Source: Octopus bimaculoides (lineage: Eukaryota). Taken from it: a stretch of 55,503 bases of DNA. A program made the position numbers and the translations under genes. Under the pieces are notes generated by a model. It was given only the letters and a program-made list of their open reading frames with translations, made no database searches and was not told where the DNA came from. Below, in pieces: positions 1 to 12,903 of the stretch. The stretch covers positions 17,404,254 to 17,459,756 of the forward strand of contig NC_068997.1 of the NCBI RefSeq assembly GCF_001194135.2. The letters run 5' to 3'. Every line of letters starts with the position of its first letter. Position 1 is the first letter of the stretch.

Positions 1-15
1 TATATATATATATCT

Positions 16-55
<40 letters not shown>

Positions 56-679
56 ATTGGAACAGGTGTCAATATGCATACTTCTATAGAGCCACGCATT
101 TGTGTAAGAAATAGAAGATAGGAAGATTTGTTTCTTTTCCCCTCCCCGTTTATTACTTCATAGGTCTACGTTATCGTTCATTAACCAGTCACATGCTTAA
201 TCGTCTCTGCTTACTTACATTTTGAGATAGAAAACTATCGCTTACTTAGCGTTCCAGCTGCCATCAAATTAGATACCGTTATTCTGGATTTCACTAATGA
301 AAGCAAAACATGTTGTTTCTCTCGTATTTGGCAGTTATTCTAAGAATCTAGATTATTCCAATTACAGTGAACGCGACATAAACATCAAGTTCACGTCATT
401 CGTACAAACGTACTCCTTTTTTCATTCATTTCTTAAGTATGTACGCATGTATGCTTCCTTCTATGTATGTGTGTTTGTACGTATTGATGAATGACGGTTG
501 GGCGGATGAAGGGTTGACTGGTTGGATTGAGGAATTGATTTGATGGCTAGATGGCTAGATGGATGTTTGTATTTATAGATATATACATATATCCAGTGCA
601 ATGGAAAGCCGAAAGTCTCAAGAATGCATGCATATACATAAGTAACGACTTTTTTTTCCAAAACATTTCCCTATAATAT

Positions 680-733
<54 letters not shown>

Positions 734-1975
734 GTATAAGAGTGCATACTTGCCAATTGCTAATACATATATACGTATACATATATATATGTGTATGTAC
801 GTATACATACATACATACACACACACACATATANNNNNNNNNNNNNNNNNNNNNNNNNNNNNNNNNNNNNNNNNNNNNNNNNNNNNNNNNNNNNNNNNNN
901 NNNNNNNNNNNNNNNNNNNNNNNNNNNNNNNNNNNNNNNNNNNNNNNNNNNNNNNNNNNNNNNNNNNNNNNNNNNNNNNNNNNNNNNNNNNNNNNNNNNN
1001 NNNNNNNNNNNNNNNNNNNNNNNNNNNNNNNNNNNNNNNNNNNNNNNNNNNNNNNNNNNNNNNNNNNNNNNNNNNNNNNNNNNNNNNNNNNNNNNNNNNN
1101 NNNNNNNNNNNNNNNNNNNNNNNNNNNNNNNNNNNNNNNNNNNNNNNNNNNNNNNNNNNNNNNNNNNNNNNNNNNNNNNNNNNNNNNNNNNNNNNNNNNN
1201 NNNNNNNNNNNNNNNNNNNNNNNNNNNNNNNNNNNNNNNNNNNNNNNNNNNNNNNNNNNNNNNNNNNNNNNNNNNNNNNNNNNNNNNNNNNNNNNNNNNN
1301 NNNNNNNNNNNNNNNNNNNNNNNNNNNNNNNNNNNNNNNNNNNNNNNNNNNNNNNNNNNNNNNNNNNNNNNNNNNNNNNNNNNNNNNNNNNNNNNNNNNN
1401 NNNNNNNNNNNNNNNNNNNNNNNNNNNNNNNNNNNNNNNNNNNNNNNNNNNNNNNNNNNNNNNNNNNNNNNNNNNNNNNNNNNNNNNNNNNNNNNNNNNN
1501 NNNNNNNNNNNNNNNNNNNNNNNNNNNNNNNNNNNNNNNNNNNNNNNNNNNNTAAAATGGTTCTTCCCACGAACACAAATTAAATTGTTTTCGTGGAGGG
1601 TAGTGGCGGACGGAAAACAAGACAGGAAAACGAAACGGTGAAATAAACAAACAAAAAGGCTGTACAGCCAGACGTGAAGTGTGTATGTATTGAACGCTGT
1701 GAAGCACGTACAGGAGGGGCAAAGAAGTACGTGCGAGCTTGGTGATTCCAAGAACGAAAAGAAATAGCAGCCGCACACACGTGACCAAGGCTGTGTGAAG
1801 AGAAAGAGTAGCAGAGGGAAAAGTAGGGGAGTAAGTAGAATAAAAGTGAGCAACGAGAGGTAGAGAGAGAGAGAGAGAGAGATAGTAGTAGTAACGGTGA
1901 GAGGTGAAGGACGAATGTAAATAAGAAATGTCTGAGAGATTCTCTATAAAACTATAACATTGGACCAATAAACAT

Positions 1976-2183
1976 TTCTACTCTAGGCACAGGGCCCGAA
2001 ATTTTGGGGGAGGGGTCAGTAGATTAGATCGGCCAGTACGCAACTGGTACTTAACTCATCGATCCTGAAAGGCTGAAAGGTACAGTGGAACTCGGAGAAA
2101 TTTGAATTCAGAACGTAAAGACAGACGAAATACCCCTAAGCATTTCACCCGGCATGCTAGCTTTTCTGCCAGCTCGCCGCGTT
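1976..2183 (-). mobile_element. tRNA-derived SINE, family A (octopus OK/OR-like), degenerate
   Basis: Shares diagnostic blocks with the copies at 10255, 38880 and 54485 (gcacaag..aaattt..gattagatc..cagtacgcaactggtac..gaaagg..gaactcagaacgt..gaaatac..aagcatttc..ctgccagctcgcc); the tRNA-like head is at the right end. Confidence 0.85.
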
Positions 2184-2269
2184 ATACCCTGGGCCAGTAT
2201 TAAGCAGAGAAGCATCTACGTGAGCGTATGATTTCTCTCAGTCCTTTGAATGTTGGGTTACAGTTTTGT

Positions 2270-2410
2270 AGTTGTTTATCGATCAAATTGGCCCCAGTAC
2301 TTATATTTCGTTCAGGTATTTTTCTTTTGACCCCTTTGCCGTGCTGATAAGTTACGGGCACGTAAACCGACAAACATTTGTTGTGAAATATTCGTGAGGG
2401 GTATAAACAC
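2270..2410 (-). mobile_element. 3' half of SINE family B, highly degenerate
   Basis: tcgatcaaattggccccagtactta...aagttacgggcacgtaaac resembles the clearer copy at 54084-54363. Confidence 0.6.
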
Positions 2411-2580
2411 AAGCACGATAGCAAAAATATATAAAACACACGACGCACACGCACACACACACACACACACACTCACACACACAAGCACAATAGAACAAAT
2501 ATATAAAACACACGAACGCACACACACACACGCACACACTCACACACTCACACACTTACACACACACACACACACACACA
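2409..2580. repeat. Two-copy ~72-bp tandem duplication embedded in (CA)n
   Basis: acaagcacgatagcaaaaatatataaaacacacga at 2409 and acaagcacaatagaacaaatatataaaacacacga at 2481. Confidence 0.8.
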
Positions 2581-2805
2581 NNNNNNNNNNNNNNNNNNNN
2601 NNNNNNNNNNNNNNNNNNNNNNNNNNNNNNNNNNNNNNNNNNNNNNNNNNNNNNNNNNNNNNNNNNNNNNNNNNNNNNNNNNNNNNNNNNNNNNNNNNNN
2701 NNNNNNNNNNNNNNNNNNNNNNNNNNNNNNNNNNNNNNNNNNNNNNNNNNNNNNNNNNNNNNNNNNNNNNNNNNNNNNNNNNNNNNNNNNNNNNNNNNNN
2801 NNNNN

Positions 2806-2844
<39 letters not shown>

Positions 2845-2845
<1 letters not shown>

Positions 2846-3050
2846 AAAGACTTCTACACAGTTTATGTCAACCGAATTTATTAAAAAGGTACTAGTCGGC
2901 TCGGGGCTATAGTAGAAGGTACTTGCTGAAGGTGGGTCCCACACATGCCACACAGATTCAGCTTGCTGAAAGCAGGTGCTACTAAGGTAGGTACCACACA
3001 GATTCACCACAAATCTACGTGCATGACCTTCTTAACCGCACCGCCATACC
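2845..3050 (-). mobile_element. 5' half of SINE family B, degenerate
   Basis: gtcggctcggggctatagtagaaggtacttgc..aaggtg matches the family-B block (ggctatagtagaagacacttgcccaaggtgcc) also seen at 15020 and 20190; a box-A-like ggtatggcggtgcggttaag lies on the minus strand. Confidence 0.65.
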
Positions 3051-4396
3051 CGAGTCTGGAAATAGTGAACACATTTTCCTCAAATTATAACTTACTATCC
3101 CAAATGAAGAATAAAAGACGGATCTTCACAACTTCGGTACCTTTGATCATGCCTTTGCCCAGTTTGAGAGCACCGAGGAATAATCAAAAATAACATATGT
3201 AAAAGCATCAGCAAGAAAACAAAAAACAGTAACAGAAGCAAAAACCACCTCAATGATATCAGCGTGGCGATAAGCATCCTCGCATTTCCTAACAACTGGT
3301 GCTTCAGATGTATCTGTGCTATATTTCTGGCAATATCCCATAAGAAATATATTTACTTCATCTTTCTTTGGGTATTTTTTATCCCACTCCCACAAATCGC
3401 TACAAGGAATTCGTAAATTGGTAAGTTTTTAATATTTATTTCCGCCGATATTACTAGCAAGCTTTTGCGAAAAGAATATTTAGTTCTTGTATATGACTGT
3501 TTTGAAAGTACATCATTACATAGAACTGTTCTGTACTGTCTAATACTGAGCTTAACATTTCCGTGTGGACACGTTATTAAATTACTAGCACATTTGTTAT
3601 TCCATACTTTTTTTTTTATATTTTCTTCAATTATAATTATAATTTCAGCAATATAAATTAAATTATGCTGACTGCCTTTACATTTTTGATTACTTGTAAT
3701 AAAAATATAAATAAGAAGAAAAATACTGTTTATTTTAATTTTAAACTGATAACAATTATCAACAGTCTTATTAATTTTGATCATATAATTACTTTTATGA
3801 TTTAAAAAAAAAAAACAATAATATGATTAAAATTTATATGTGATAAAAATGTGTAATGTAATTGATGATATCAATTAGAGATGCATTTTGAGAAGATTAT
3901 ACAAGACATGAATCAAACTATAACACAATTAATTATAGATTAGTTTTTACATTTCTCATTTAACAAGAATAATATGTCTGATTCAATATGTCTATGAACA
4001 ATTTTATAATACCTCGTCCTTTGAAGCAAGACGACAACAACAAAGAAGGTACAGAAAAATGAAAAATAAAGGTTTTGAGAGAAACCGCGAGGGCGCTGGG
4101 AGAGGGATAGATGTAAACGGGCGTTCAGACAGCCAGACTGACAGAACGGAAGAGGGTGAAAGAGGATCGGTTTATGATAAGAATCTGCGTTCGGTAGAGA
4201 AAATATTTATAAAATATTTCTAAGACATCAACATTGCAAACTATAAGAAGCTTGCTGTCCTTTGATTTTCGTAGATACGGTGAAAGAGAGCATCTGCAAC
4301 CATGTCGGATATGTGAAGTGAGAGATCATGGAGCTTGAAAATATATAAATAAATATCACAGTATATAGAAGAATGACGTAAAAACTAATGCAATAG

Positions 4397-4463
<67 letters not shown>

Positions 4464-7400
4464 NNNNNNNNNNNNNNNNNNNNNNNNNNNNNNNNNNNNN
4501 NNNNNNNNNNNNNNNNNNNNNNNNNNNNNNNNNNNNNNNNNNNNNNNNNNNNNNNNNNNNNNNNNNNNNNNNNNNNNNNNNNNNNNNNNNNNNNNNNNNN
4601 NNNNNNNNNNNNNNNNNNNNNNNNNNNNNNNNNNNNNNNNNNNNNNNNNNNNNNNNNNNNNNNNNNNNNNNNNNNNNNNNNNNNNNNNNNNNNNNNNNNN
4701 NNNNNNNNNNNNNNNNNNNNNNNNTATATATATATATATACATATATGGGGGAGGGGTTGTCTGTGTCTTTGCATCTGCGTGTATGTATGTACATACGTT
4801 CATATACATACATACAATACATACATACATATATATATACATACATTTATGTATATATATATATATATATATGTTACACCTTTTTGCCAACCTCATGTGG
4901 CAGTCCACATGAGATTTCCGAAGCTGTCTGAAAACCGTGGTTGAAGCCAATGGCGATTTTATTCAATAAATTTACTCTTTAGTATTGCTTTTTAAAGGAT
5001 GAATATGTACTCGGATGTTTCAGCAATCGTTTGGAATCATGTTTCTGAACTCCAATGTAGTTCGCTGTATTTTGTTGTTCTCGGTACTTTTCCTTCTATA
5101 ATTTCAGAAAACCTTAAATGCAGTCATTTCAATCACGAAACATATTTTTGCAAATGATAATGAATTTTAATCCTACTTAATCTTCCACGCTGATGTTTCA
5201 TCAAAATATCCTCTAAATAGTTCCTTTTTAAACGGGTATTATCTTCATAAAGATAGCCTTTGTAAAAGCAATTTTTGGTAATATTTTAAACTCTGTTCCA
5301 TTTTTTCCTATGCAATCATATCATGTACTGAATTCTTCCATAATCATTTTACCTCTGAAATTATGTACTTACTGACGAATTTCATGAAACCTGTTGGTGA
5401 GAATCGTACGCTGATTAAGCAGACGGAGAACTTCATTCTGTACGAGCAGTCTGGAATGTTTCTGCTCGTAGCGTTTTACTAAAAGTATAAAATGTCTATT
5501 CTTTACATACTTAGTCAACGTTGTATTTTGCCTTATCTTCAAGCAAGCACTATAATTTGGGAGATGAAGCCGAATTTAAACAACGCTACCATCTTTTTTC
5601 AATAACAGATAATTGACCTTCGTTCCATTATGAAGTCGGCATCCTTCCATTGATCAAAATGGCGTCACATTTTGTAAAGTCCTGGAAGTATATTTAAGTA
5701 ATAAACTGATATCTTTGTCACCTAGTTTCGTAATATAATTGATAAAAGCAAAAAGGATTTATGTTGTTAAATTGCTATTTCTATGAAAGTATTAGCATTA
5801 AAATATGTGTTAAACCTTTGCCAGATCAATCCTTCGATTCATGCATCGTTTCTTGCTTTGTAGCTTCATCTTTCAAATGGTAGAACTATTATGGATTTAA
5901 TGTAGTTTGTTTATATCAGTGACCACGATTTGCACTTAAATACCGTAGAAAGAATCAACTTAGTTTTGCAAATATAATGACAGTGTTTTGCTTTCATGTA
6001 ATAATTTCAAGCTTACAGCATGCATTTAGATGACTACATGTAGCGATATTCAGCTGACCTGATATATTCTCTTCACAGAAAAAAAAAATTCAGAGATACT
6101 CGTTTCAGTAAGTTTACATTCTCGTAAATCTTGATGTATAGATCATATGGATGCTCTTATTCCTACTATTCGTGCAAACTTTCCTTTTATGGTAAAATAT
6201 ATGTCGAATGGAGGATAGAGTTTCAACTAAACTAGCAGTCATTAGCTGAAAATATTGGGATTAAGCTATGGCAGAGAATAAAATGCGGCAATGAATACCT
6301 ATGTATACAATAAAAGTCGGCAATGAATTTTATGAACCGTTTTGGAGAATGTTTTAGTATCTCAAGTTAAAATAATTTTCATGGGTGACTATTTACAGGT
6401 ACAGATAGGTACGTGTTGCATAAAATATTTTATTATCTGCATTTTTACCAAATACTATAATTCTATAAATTACGACATTACAATTTTTAATTACCGATAG
6501 ATTTTCATCTGACATAAGCAAATAGTTCTCATAATAGCTTGCGGATGAACATTTATACAGGGCTATACTTGCGTGTTTTCCACAAAACTGTCATCAGAAA
6601 ATAATGTATATATAATTAATGATTCCTTAGCGAGTATTTCTAGGTTTTGAACTCAGAACACACAAACTTATCTGAGGTAATACATAGAAATAAATGACAT
6701 CGATATGCCATTTCTGTAGGTGATAATACTTAGCATTTATCGAGGCACAAGAATGAAGAAACGTAAGCACATAATACAGACAATACACAAGAGCGCAAAA
6801 ATATTAACTAATATACTTATGCATGTTTTTCTTTACAGATAAACGTATAAATGCCATTTTCTGAAGTAAAATCTATGTAGATTATTGTTTGCATCACTGT
6901 ATAGTGGAGAGTATTCTACGTTGAACTCCATTAATATCTGAGTGCCGATTGTAATTGTAGTTATGGGTGTCCAAGGAACTAGTGAGAAGAGCGAAATCTT
7001 CTTTCAATATAGATAATATAAGTAGTTAAGAATCACCATCAAATATTTTCAACAATTCCCTCTCAACTTAATGTTTACGGTGTCTTCATCCGAGATATTT
7101 CATACCTGTAATTTCATGGTCTCTTATTTCCTGAAGTATTTTGAAGAGGAACGGTGACTTCTCTGTGCTTCTACCTGAATGAGCGTCGACTGTGTTACAC
7201 GAAATTTCCAAACCGTAATTTGTTTTTATTTTAATTTTACAAAATTACGCTTTACGAAGTTCTTCAGAAAAGCTGCATCTGATTCGATAATTACGCTCCA
7301 TCGTTACTAGGAACAGAACCAATAAGCAAATGGCATCTTTTACTTTCAGCCCAGTAGCAACAATCATTCTATTTCAAAGTATCATCTCAGTGTTCAGCTT

Positions 7401-7845
7401 TCTCTTAGTGTTGAGGACGATAACACGAACGAATTTTCTATGGAAACCTACACGGCTTCAGGAATGGTGTTAGACATTAATAGTTTAAAGTACCCTGAAA
7501 ACTTACATATATGCATACTTTAATGTTTTTAATTTCTGTATGTATCTATGTAGTCCCAAATAGAGTGTTATTACTGAAAGGCCTAGTGGTTTAGGAAATG
7601 AGTTTTAAACGCAAGAATAATAGATAATAAGTCCCCAATGTTGATGTGTCGCAGCCGGTTTAAATAAGAGGCCATCTTTTGTTTATTCATATCATCTATA
7701 GAAGCAACTCAAGTTTTCTATCTCAGCCTTTCTCCCTCCGTCCAAAGTCACTCCGAAACACGTATATTATGCATTGTGAGTGCATGTGTATGTGTTTGTA
7801 AATGCATATATATACACATAGGCCGCACCCACGTATCTACACACA

Positions 7846-7899
<54 letters not shown>

Positions 7900-8160
7900 N
7901 NNNNNNNNNNNNNNNNNNNNNNNNNNNNNNNNNNNNNNNNNNNNNNNNNNNNNNNNNNNNNNNNNNNNNNNNNNNNNNNNNNNNNNNNNNNNNNNNNNNN
8001 NNNNNNNNNNNNNNNNNNNNNNNNNNNNNNNNNNNNNNNNNNNNNNNNNNNNNNNNNNNNNNNNNNNNNNNNNNNNNNNNNNNNNNNNNNNNNNNNNNNN
8101 NNNNNNNNNNNNNNNNNNNNNNNNNNNNNNNNNNNNNNNNNNNNNNNNNNNNNNNNNNNN

Positions 8161-8194
<34 letters not shown>

Positions 8195-9520
8195 CTCCCT
8201 TAAGCATAGAAATATTTTCCCCCCTTCAGAAATATTTTCTACTACAGTAAGACACAAAAGTGCGCCTCAAATATCTCACACATACACATACACATAGACG
8301 CAAGCACACAAACACACAAATACACACTCCAAGAATCACACACGTCTGCTATCATATGTACGCGTCTGTCTCTATCTCTGTATGTATATATATATATGTA
8401 TTTATGTCTGTATATGTATGTAAGTGTGTGTATGTAAGCGTGTGTGTATGTATGTATGCATACCGTAGAGCCTATTCGTACAACAGAATGTTCTGACAAT
8501 ATTCACATATTTAATTGCCAAAATGGTAGAGGAACCTATCGTTTCGAGTTCTTGACATTTAAAGTTGATTAGGAGAATATAATGATACGTTAAACTTCGG
8601 CTTATTGTTGTCGACACAGACATTTTATAGTGGCTTCTGATTCTTAACTTCAATGTTCATTTATTTAAAGATCTCAGAATAAAAGGAATTCTTCAGATAA
8701 TGAAAATATATGTTTGGATTCTCAAATTATTGTTTAAAAATAGCACAATGAAAATTTTAAAGCAAGATAATTTTATTTTCGATAATTGAGGCTCTGTGAG
8801 AAGTTATCTCTTTTATTTAGAATAATTTTATATAACCACAAAACACATTTTTATGTATAACACTGTGCCTAATCATATTATTTCCATATAATAACATTTT
8901 ATCCACTTTCATATTATAAAATATACGCACTTTATAATTCGTAAAGTTTCTACAGTGTGAATAATACTTAGAGTGGTATTTTCATCGTTGGATTGGACAG
9001 TTTTTAGGTGATTTTTCTTGTTGCGAAGAAGTGGGTCGGTTTCCGTTCTTATACATGGTGTGTAAGGCTTTCATTCATAGTAGCTTCGGCTCCACAAAAC
9101 GGATAGGTATTTACAGATCTATTGTTCCAGGTGGTATATCCCGCCACTGATGGCGATACTGTCTTATCTAATACGAGATGTACAAATATAAGTTTACTGC
9201 ACATTAAACGGAACATGCATTCTCTCCACTGTACAACCGTTGTTTCTATTGTTACAGATGTTGCTTAATGTAAGTCAGCCATTACCTTGAATACATGATC
9301 AAAGGAATTGCAGCCACAACTATTATGTCTTTTTGCAATGAATTTTTTTTTCGGGGTAGATATTTTGCAAAATGTAGATACTCTCTTGTAGATGCTCTTT
9401 ATAGATACTCTCTTGTGACTCCCTTGATGTGTTTTTAATGTTCATGGTATCTACACAGTGGTGAGAGAAGGTCCCACTGTCAGAGAGACCCTGATGTTCC
9501 TAACCTGCATTTTTATATTT

Positions 9521-9752
9521 TATTGGGTCGTCCGGAAAGTTCGTACCGATTTATAGTAGCTTACCTTTCGACTTATTTGCCATGAAACCACATCAATTCT
9601 GGGAAGAGGGTATTTTCAAGTTAAAGAAAAGATGGAGACGCATTGTGCAACAAAATGGTTCATATTTGGTTGATTAGAAATGTAATGGCAAGTATTTATT
9701 GACTTTTTTCTTTCTTTTAAAAATCGGCACGAACCTTCCGGACAACCCAATA
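9521..9752 (+). mobile_element. Internally deleted mariner (mini-mariner/MITE) with TIRs and TA duplication
   Basis: ~30-bp TIRs tattgggtcgtccggaaagttcgtaccgatt / aatcggcacgaaccttccggacaacccaata, TA at both ends. The interior encodes a mariner transposase C-terminus, LFAMKPHQFWEEGIFKLKKRWRRIVQQNGSYLVD* (9573-9677). Confidence 0.92.
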
Positions 9753-10069
9753 TATTGATGTCTACTGGATTTCAAGTCAACGCAAATGGTATATCCTTCT
9801 TTAATTCAAAATGTGTTGCAGAATGAACTATATTACTAATGAAAAATTACATCGATTACAAAAAGACTGTTATATAATTAAATACACTTGTGATAGGCTA
9901 ATTCAGATAATACTTTGATTCTGCTTGATAATTTTATAAGTAAAATTATGGATATTTTGCACGGCTTGAAAAATATCTAATGAACATGTAAATTCTTAAA
10001 AGAAGAGAAAGCAAGGGAAACATGGAGGAAATATCTCTATTCATAAATGAACAACGAAACAAATAATGT

Positions 10070-10170
10070 TTTGAGATTTTGGCACAAGGGCAGCAATTTT
10101 AGGTTAAAGTCTTGTCAATTACATCGAATCCAAAGCCCAAATGGTACTTATTGTAGAGACTTCAAAAAGA
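10070..10170 (-). mobile_element. SINE family A 3' fragment, degenerate
   Basis: tggcacaagggcagcaatttt..gtcaattacatcgaatcc..tggtacttatt. Confidence 0.55.
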
Positions 10171-10254
10171 CGGGTGTTAAACTAGACCATGGCAAAATTT
10201 TAAACTAATTCCATAAAAAAACCGTTTCTCTGCCGTTCTAAAAAAACAAATATT

Positions 10255-10472
10255 CTTTCCTACTCTAAGCACAAGGTCCGAAATTTTGGAGGAGGGGCCA
10301 GTCGATTAGATCAACCGTAGTACGCAGCTGGTACTTAATTTATCGACACCGAAAGGATGAAAGGCAAAGTCGACCGCAGCGGAATTTGAACTCAGAACGT
10401 AGTGGCAGATGAAATACCGCTAGGCATTTTGCCCGGCGTGCTAACGATGCGGCCAGCTCTCCGCCTTGCAAT
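10255..10472 (-). mobile_element. Full-length SINE family A with 12-bp target-site duplication
   Basis: Complete family-A body; aaaacaaatatt flanks it at 10243-10254 and 10473-10484. Confidence 0.92.
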
Positions 10473-11329
10473 AAAACAAATATTGAAGGAATACTTATTT
10501 ATTTACGATGGTAAAATCGAAACATAACAGAAAGGGAGGAGAAAAAAATCTAAATACATAAATAGCAAAGAATACTAAACTCATTTAAAAAAAAAAAATT
10601 CATATTACGTTAATATCAGTCTAACTTTATACATCTAAAGTCTGTAAAAATGATTTGATGTATAGACTAGGAAAAATTGAGCCTGATTTGATAAAAAAAA
10701 ATCTATGTAAAACATTAATTATCAAACCCCAAGAATTACATGAAAAATGTATGAAAATATAATTGATACTGAAACAATTTAAAAAGAGTAAACTGAGGAT
10801 ACCATACGCACGAAAATGCACATGTATATGTATGTATGAATGTATATCTATGTATCTCTCTCTCTCTCTATATATATATGTATATACCGTCATTTAATAC
10901 ATACATATATATATATATATACATATACGTGTGTGTGTGTTATTCGTTTTATGTAATACGTATATATATGTCTGTGTATATATATATANNNNNNNNNNNN
11001 NNNNNNNNNNNNNNNNNNNNNNNNNNNNNNNNNNNNNNNNNNNNNNNNNNNNNNNNNNNNNNNNNNNNNNNNNNNNNNNNNNNNNNNNNNNNNNNNNNNN
11101 NNNNNNNNNNNNNNNNNNNNNNNNNNNNNNNNNNNNNNNNNNNNNNNNNNNNNNNNNNNNNNNNNNNNNNNNNNNNNNNNNNNNNNNNNNNNNNNNNNNN
11201 NNNNNNNNNNNNNNNNNNNNNNNNNNNNNNNNNNNNNNNNNAAAAAAAAAATCAGATAACGGTCATAAAAATAATGGACATGAAATACAATAACAATATT
11301 TACAACTAATGATGCACTTTCTGCTACCC

Positions 11330-11403
11330 TTGATGTTGTTGCTGCTGCTGCTGCTGTTGCTAATAAAAATTCTACTATTATAATGCTACTACTGCTACTA
11401 CTG

Positions 11404-11490
<87 letters not shown>
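11330..11490. repeat. (GCT)n/(TAC)n compound trinucleotide microsatellite
   Basis: Direct reading. Confidence 0.95.
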
Positions 11491-11491
<1 letters not shown>

Positions 11492-11623
11492 GTCCAGTAG
11501 TACGACAAACAAACTTATAAGTGATAATCTAAACTGGAAACAGCAATATAGTCAGCTGCTCAAATATGTAGTTCTTCATATTGTTAACAAACAACAGATT
11601 ACACCTAACTTTAAAAGCATTGA

Positions 11624-11673
<50 letters not shown>

Positions 11674-11718
11674 GCTGACCACTACACACATTTTTTCTCC
11701 TTGTTTCTTTCAGTGTTC

Positions 11719-11754
11719 CTTTCTGTTGAAGAGTATAGGCTCGAAACGTTAAAG
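11719..11754 (+). ncRNA. Minimal type-I hammerhead-ribozyme-like motif (Penelope-type), core variant CUGUUGA
   Basis: CUUU-CUGUUGA-A-GAG uauagg CUC-GAAA-CG-U-U-AAAG. Stem I is CUUU/AAAG, stem II is GAG/CUC, helix III is palindromic (AACGUU); A6 is replaced by U. Confidence 0.55.
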
Positions 11755-11799
11755 ACTTTCTCTATTCCCGAGCGTTATACTACAAGGAGAGAAAATAAA

Positions 11800-12460
11800 G
11801 AATGTGTAGTGGCTAGCGATCTATCACGGCGAATGCCGGACATGGAGGGTCACAGAGGAGAGCAAGGAAGAAGGGGATATTATAAAGTAGTGGTGATCCT
11901 GAAATAAAGGTGCGCGTGCGTTGTATAAGAGTGTATGTATATGCCTGTGGAAGAGGACTGGTGACTTTGACGTGTGCGTGTATGCATGTGTAGGTGTGTG
12001 AGTGATGGCGTGGGGCTGGGAAGTGGTGAGTGCTAGTGTGTGCGTGGCCGTGTTGCTGTGTGGTAAGGTGGTGTATGTGGAGTGGTGTGGTGTTGTTGGT
12101 ATGTGGGGAGGCGGGAGTGGGGAAAGCAAGGGTGGGGTGTGGGTTAGGCTGAGGTTTGCGGTAGAAGTTGGGAGCAGAGGGGTATGTGGTTTGTTGACTC
12201 ATTTTATTTCATATATTCATGCTCCTACATGACATTAGATTCCTCACTCGCATTAGTATCGAAACCGAGAGTTTAACTATGGTTCTTCCATGGCACCTAC
12301 ATAGCTTTACCTTCCACCTTGGGACTTCTGGATACCAATAAATGTATGTGGGTGGGTGTCAGTCCGTCTTTCCTTGTCCTAATCACCCCATTTCCTTCAC
12401 CAGATCTCCCCCCCTCTGTCTCTCTCTCCATTTATGCATCTAGTTCTGATATACACTTAC
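11800..12460. mobile_element. Probable non-autonomous interspersed repeat with a GT/G-rich interior (possibly Penelope-associated)
   Basis: GC-rich block distinct from its flanks, strongly G/T-skewed on the + strand, directly next to the hammerhead-like motif. The family assignment is from recollection only. Confidence 0.4.
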
Positions 12461-12869
12461 AAATCATTAAAAGGCAAAGAAGTTACAAATAATTTGATGA
12501 AGATTGCTGCAAGGTACAGATGAATTATTTAACAATCTACGTCGTACATCATTCAATTGTACCTTTTGTGACATGAAGACGTGATAAGAAATCATCATTA
12601 TTATTAATATTTTATTACCAGTGGAGTTAAATTTATCTCTATTCATATTAAATATTATTAATACTTTTATTAAATTAGTAATCAACATATAAACATTAGA
12701 AATCATTAGTACTAATAATGCTACCAATCATCTCACTCCCTCTCTGCACATTCCTCTTTTTCTTGATCTTCATCATCACTGTTATCATCATCGTCATCAT
12801 CGCCATGAATATTAGCTGCAGCAGAGATGGCACCGACTACCAAAGTTTCCCTGTCTTCGTGGAGATGTT

Positions 12870-12871
12870 CA

Positions 12872-12903
<32 letters not shown>

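Noticed and set aside
1553-1900. Purine-rich block with a CTTGG/CCAAG hairpin, possibly a Penelope-associated repeat
   Set aside because: It has no hammerhead core or coding remnant, and its left end is lost in a gap; I cannot support a call.
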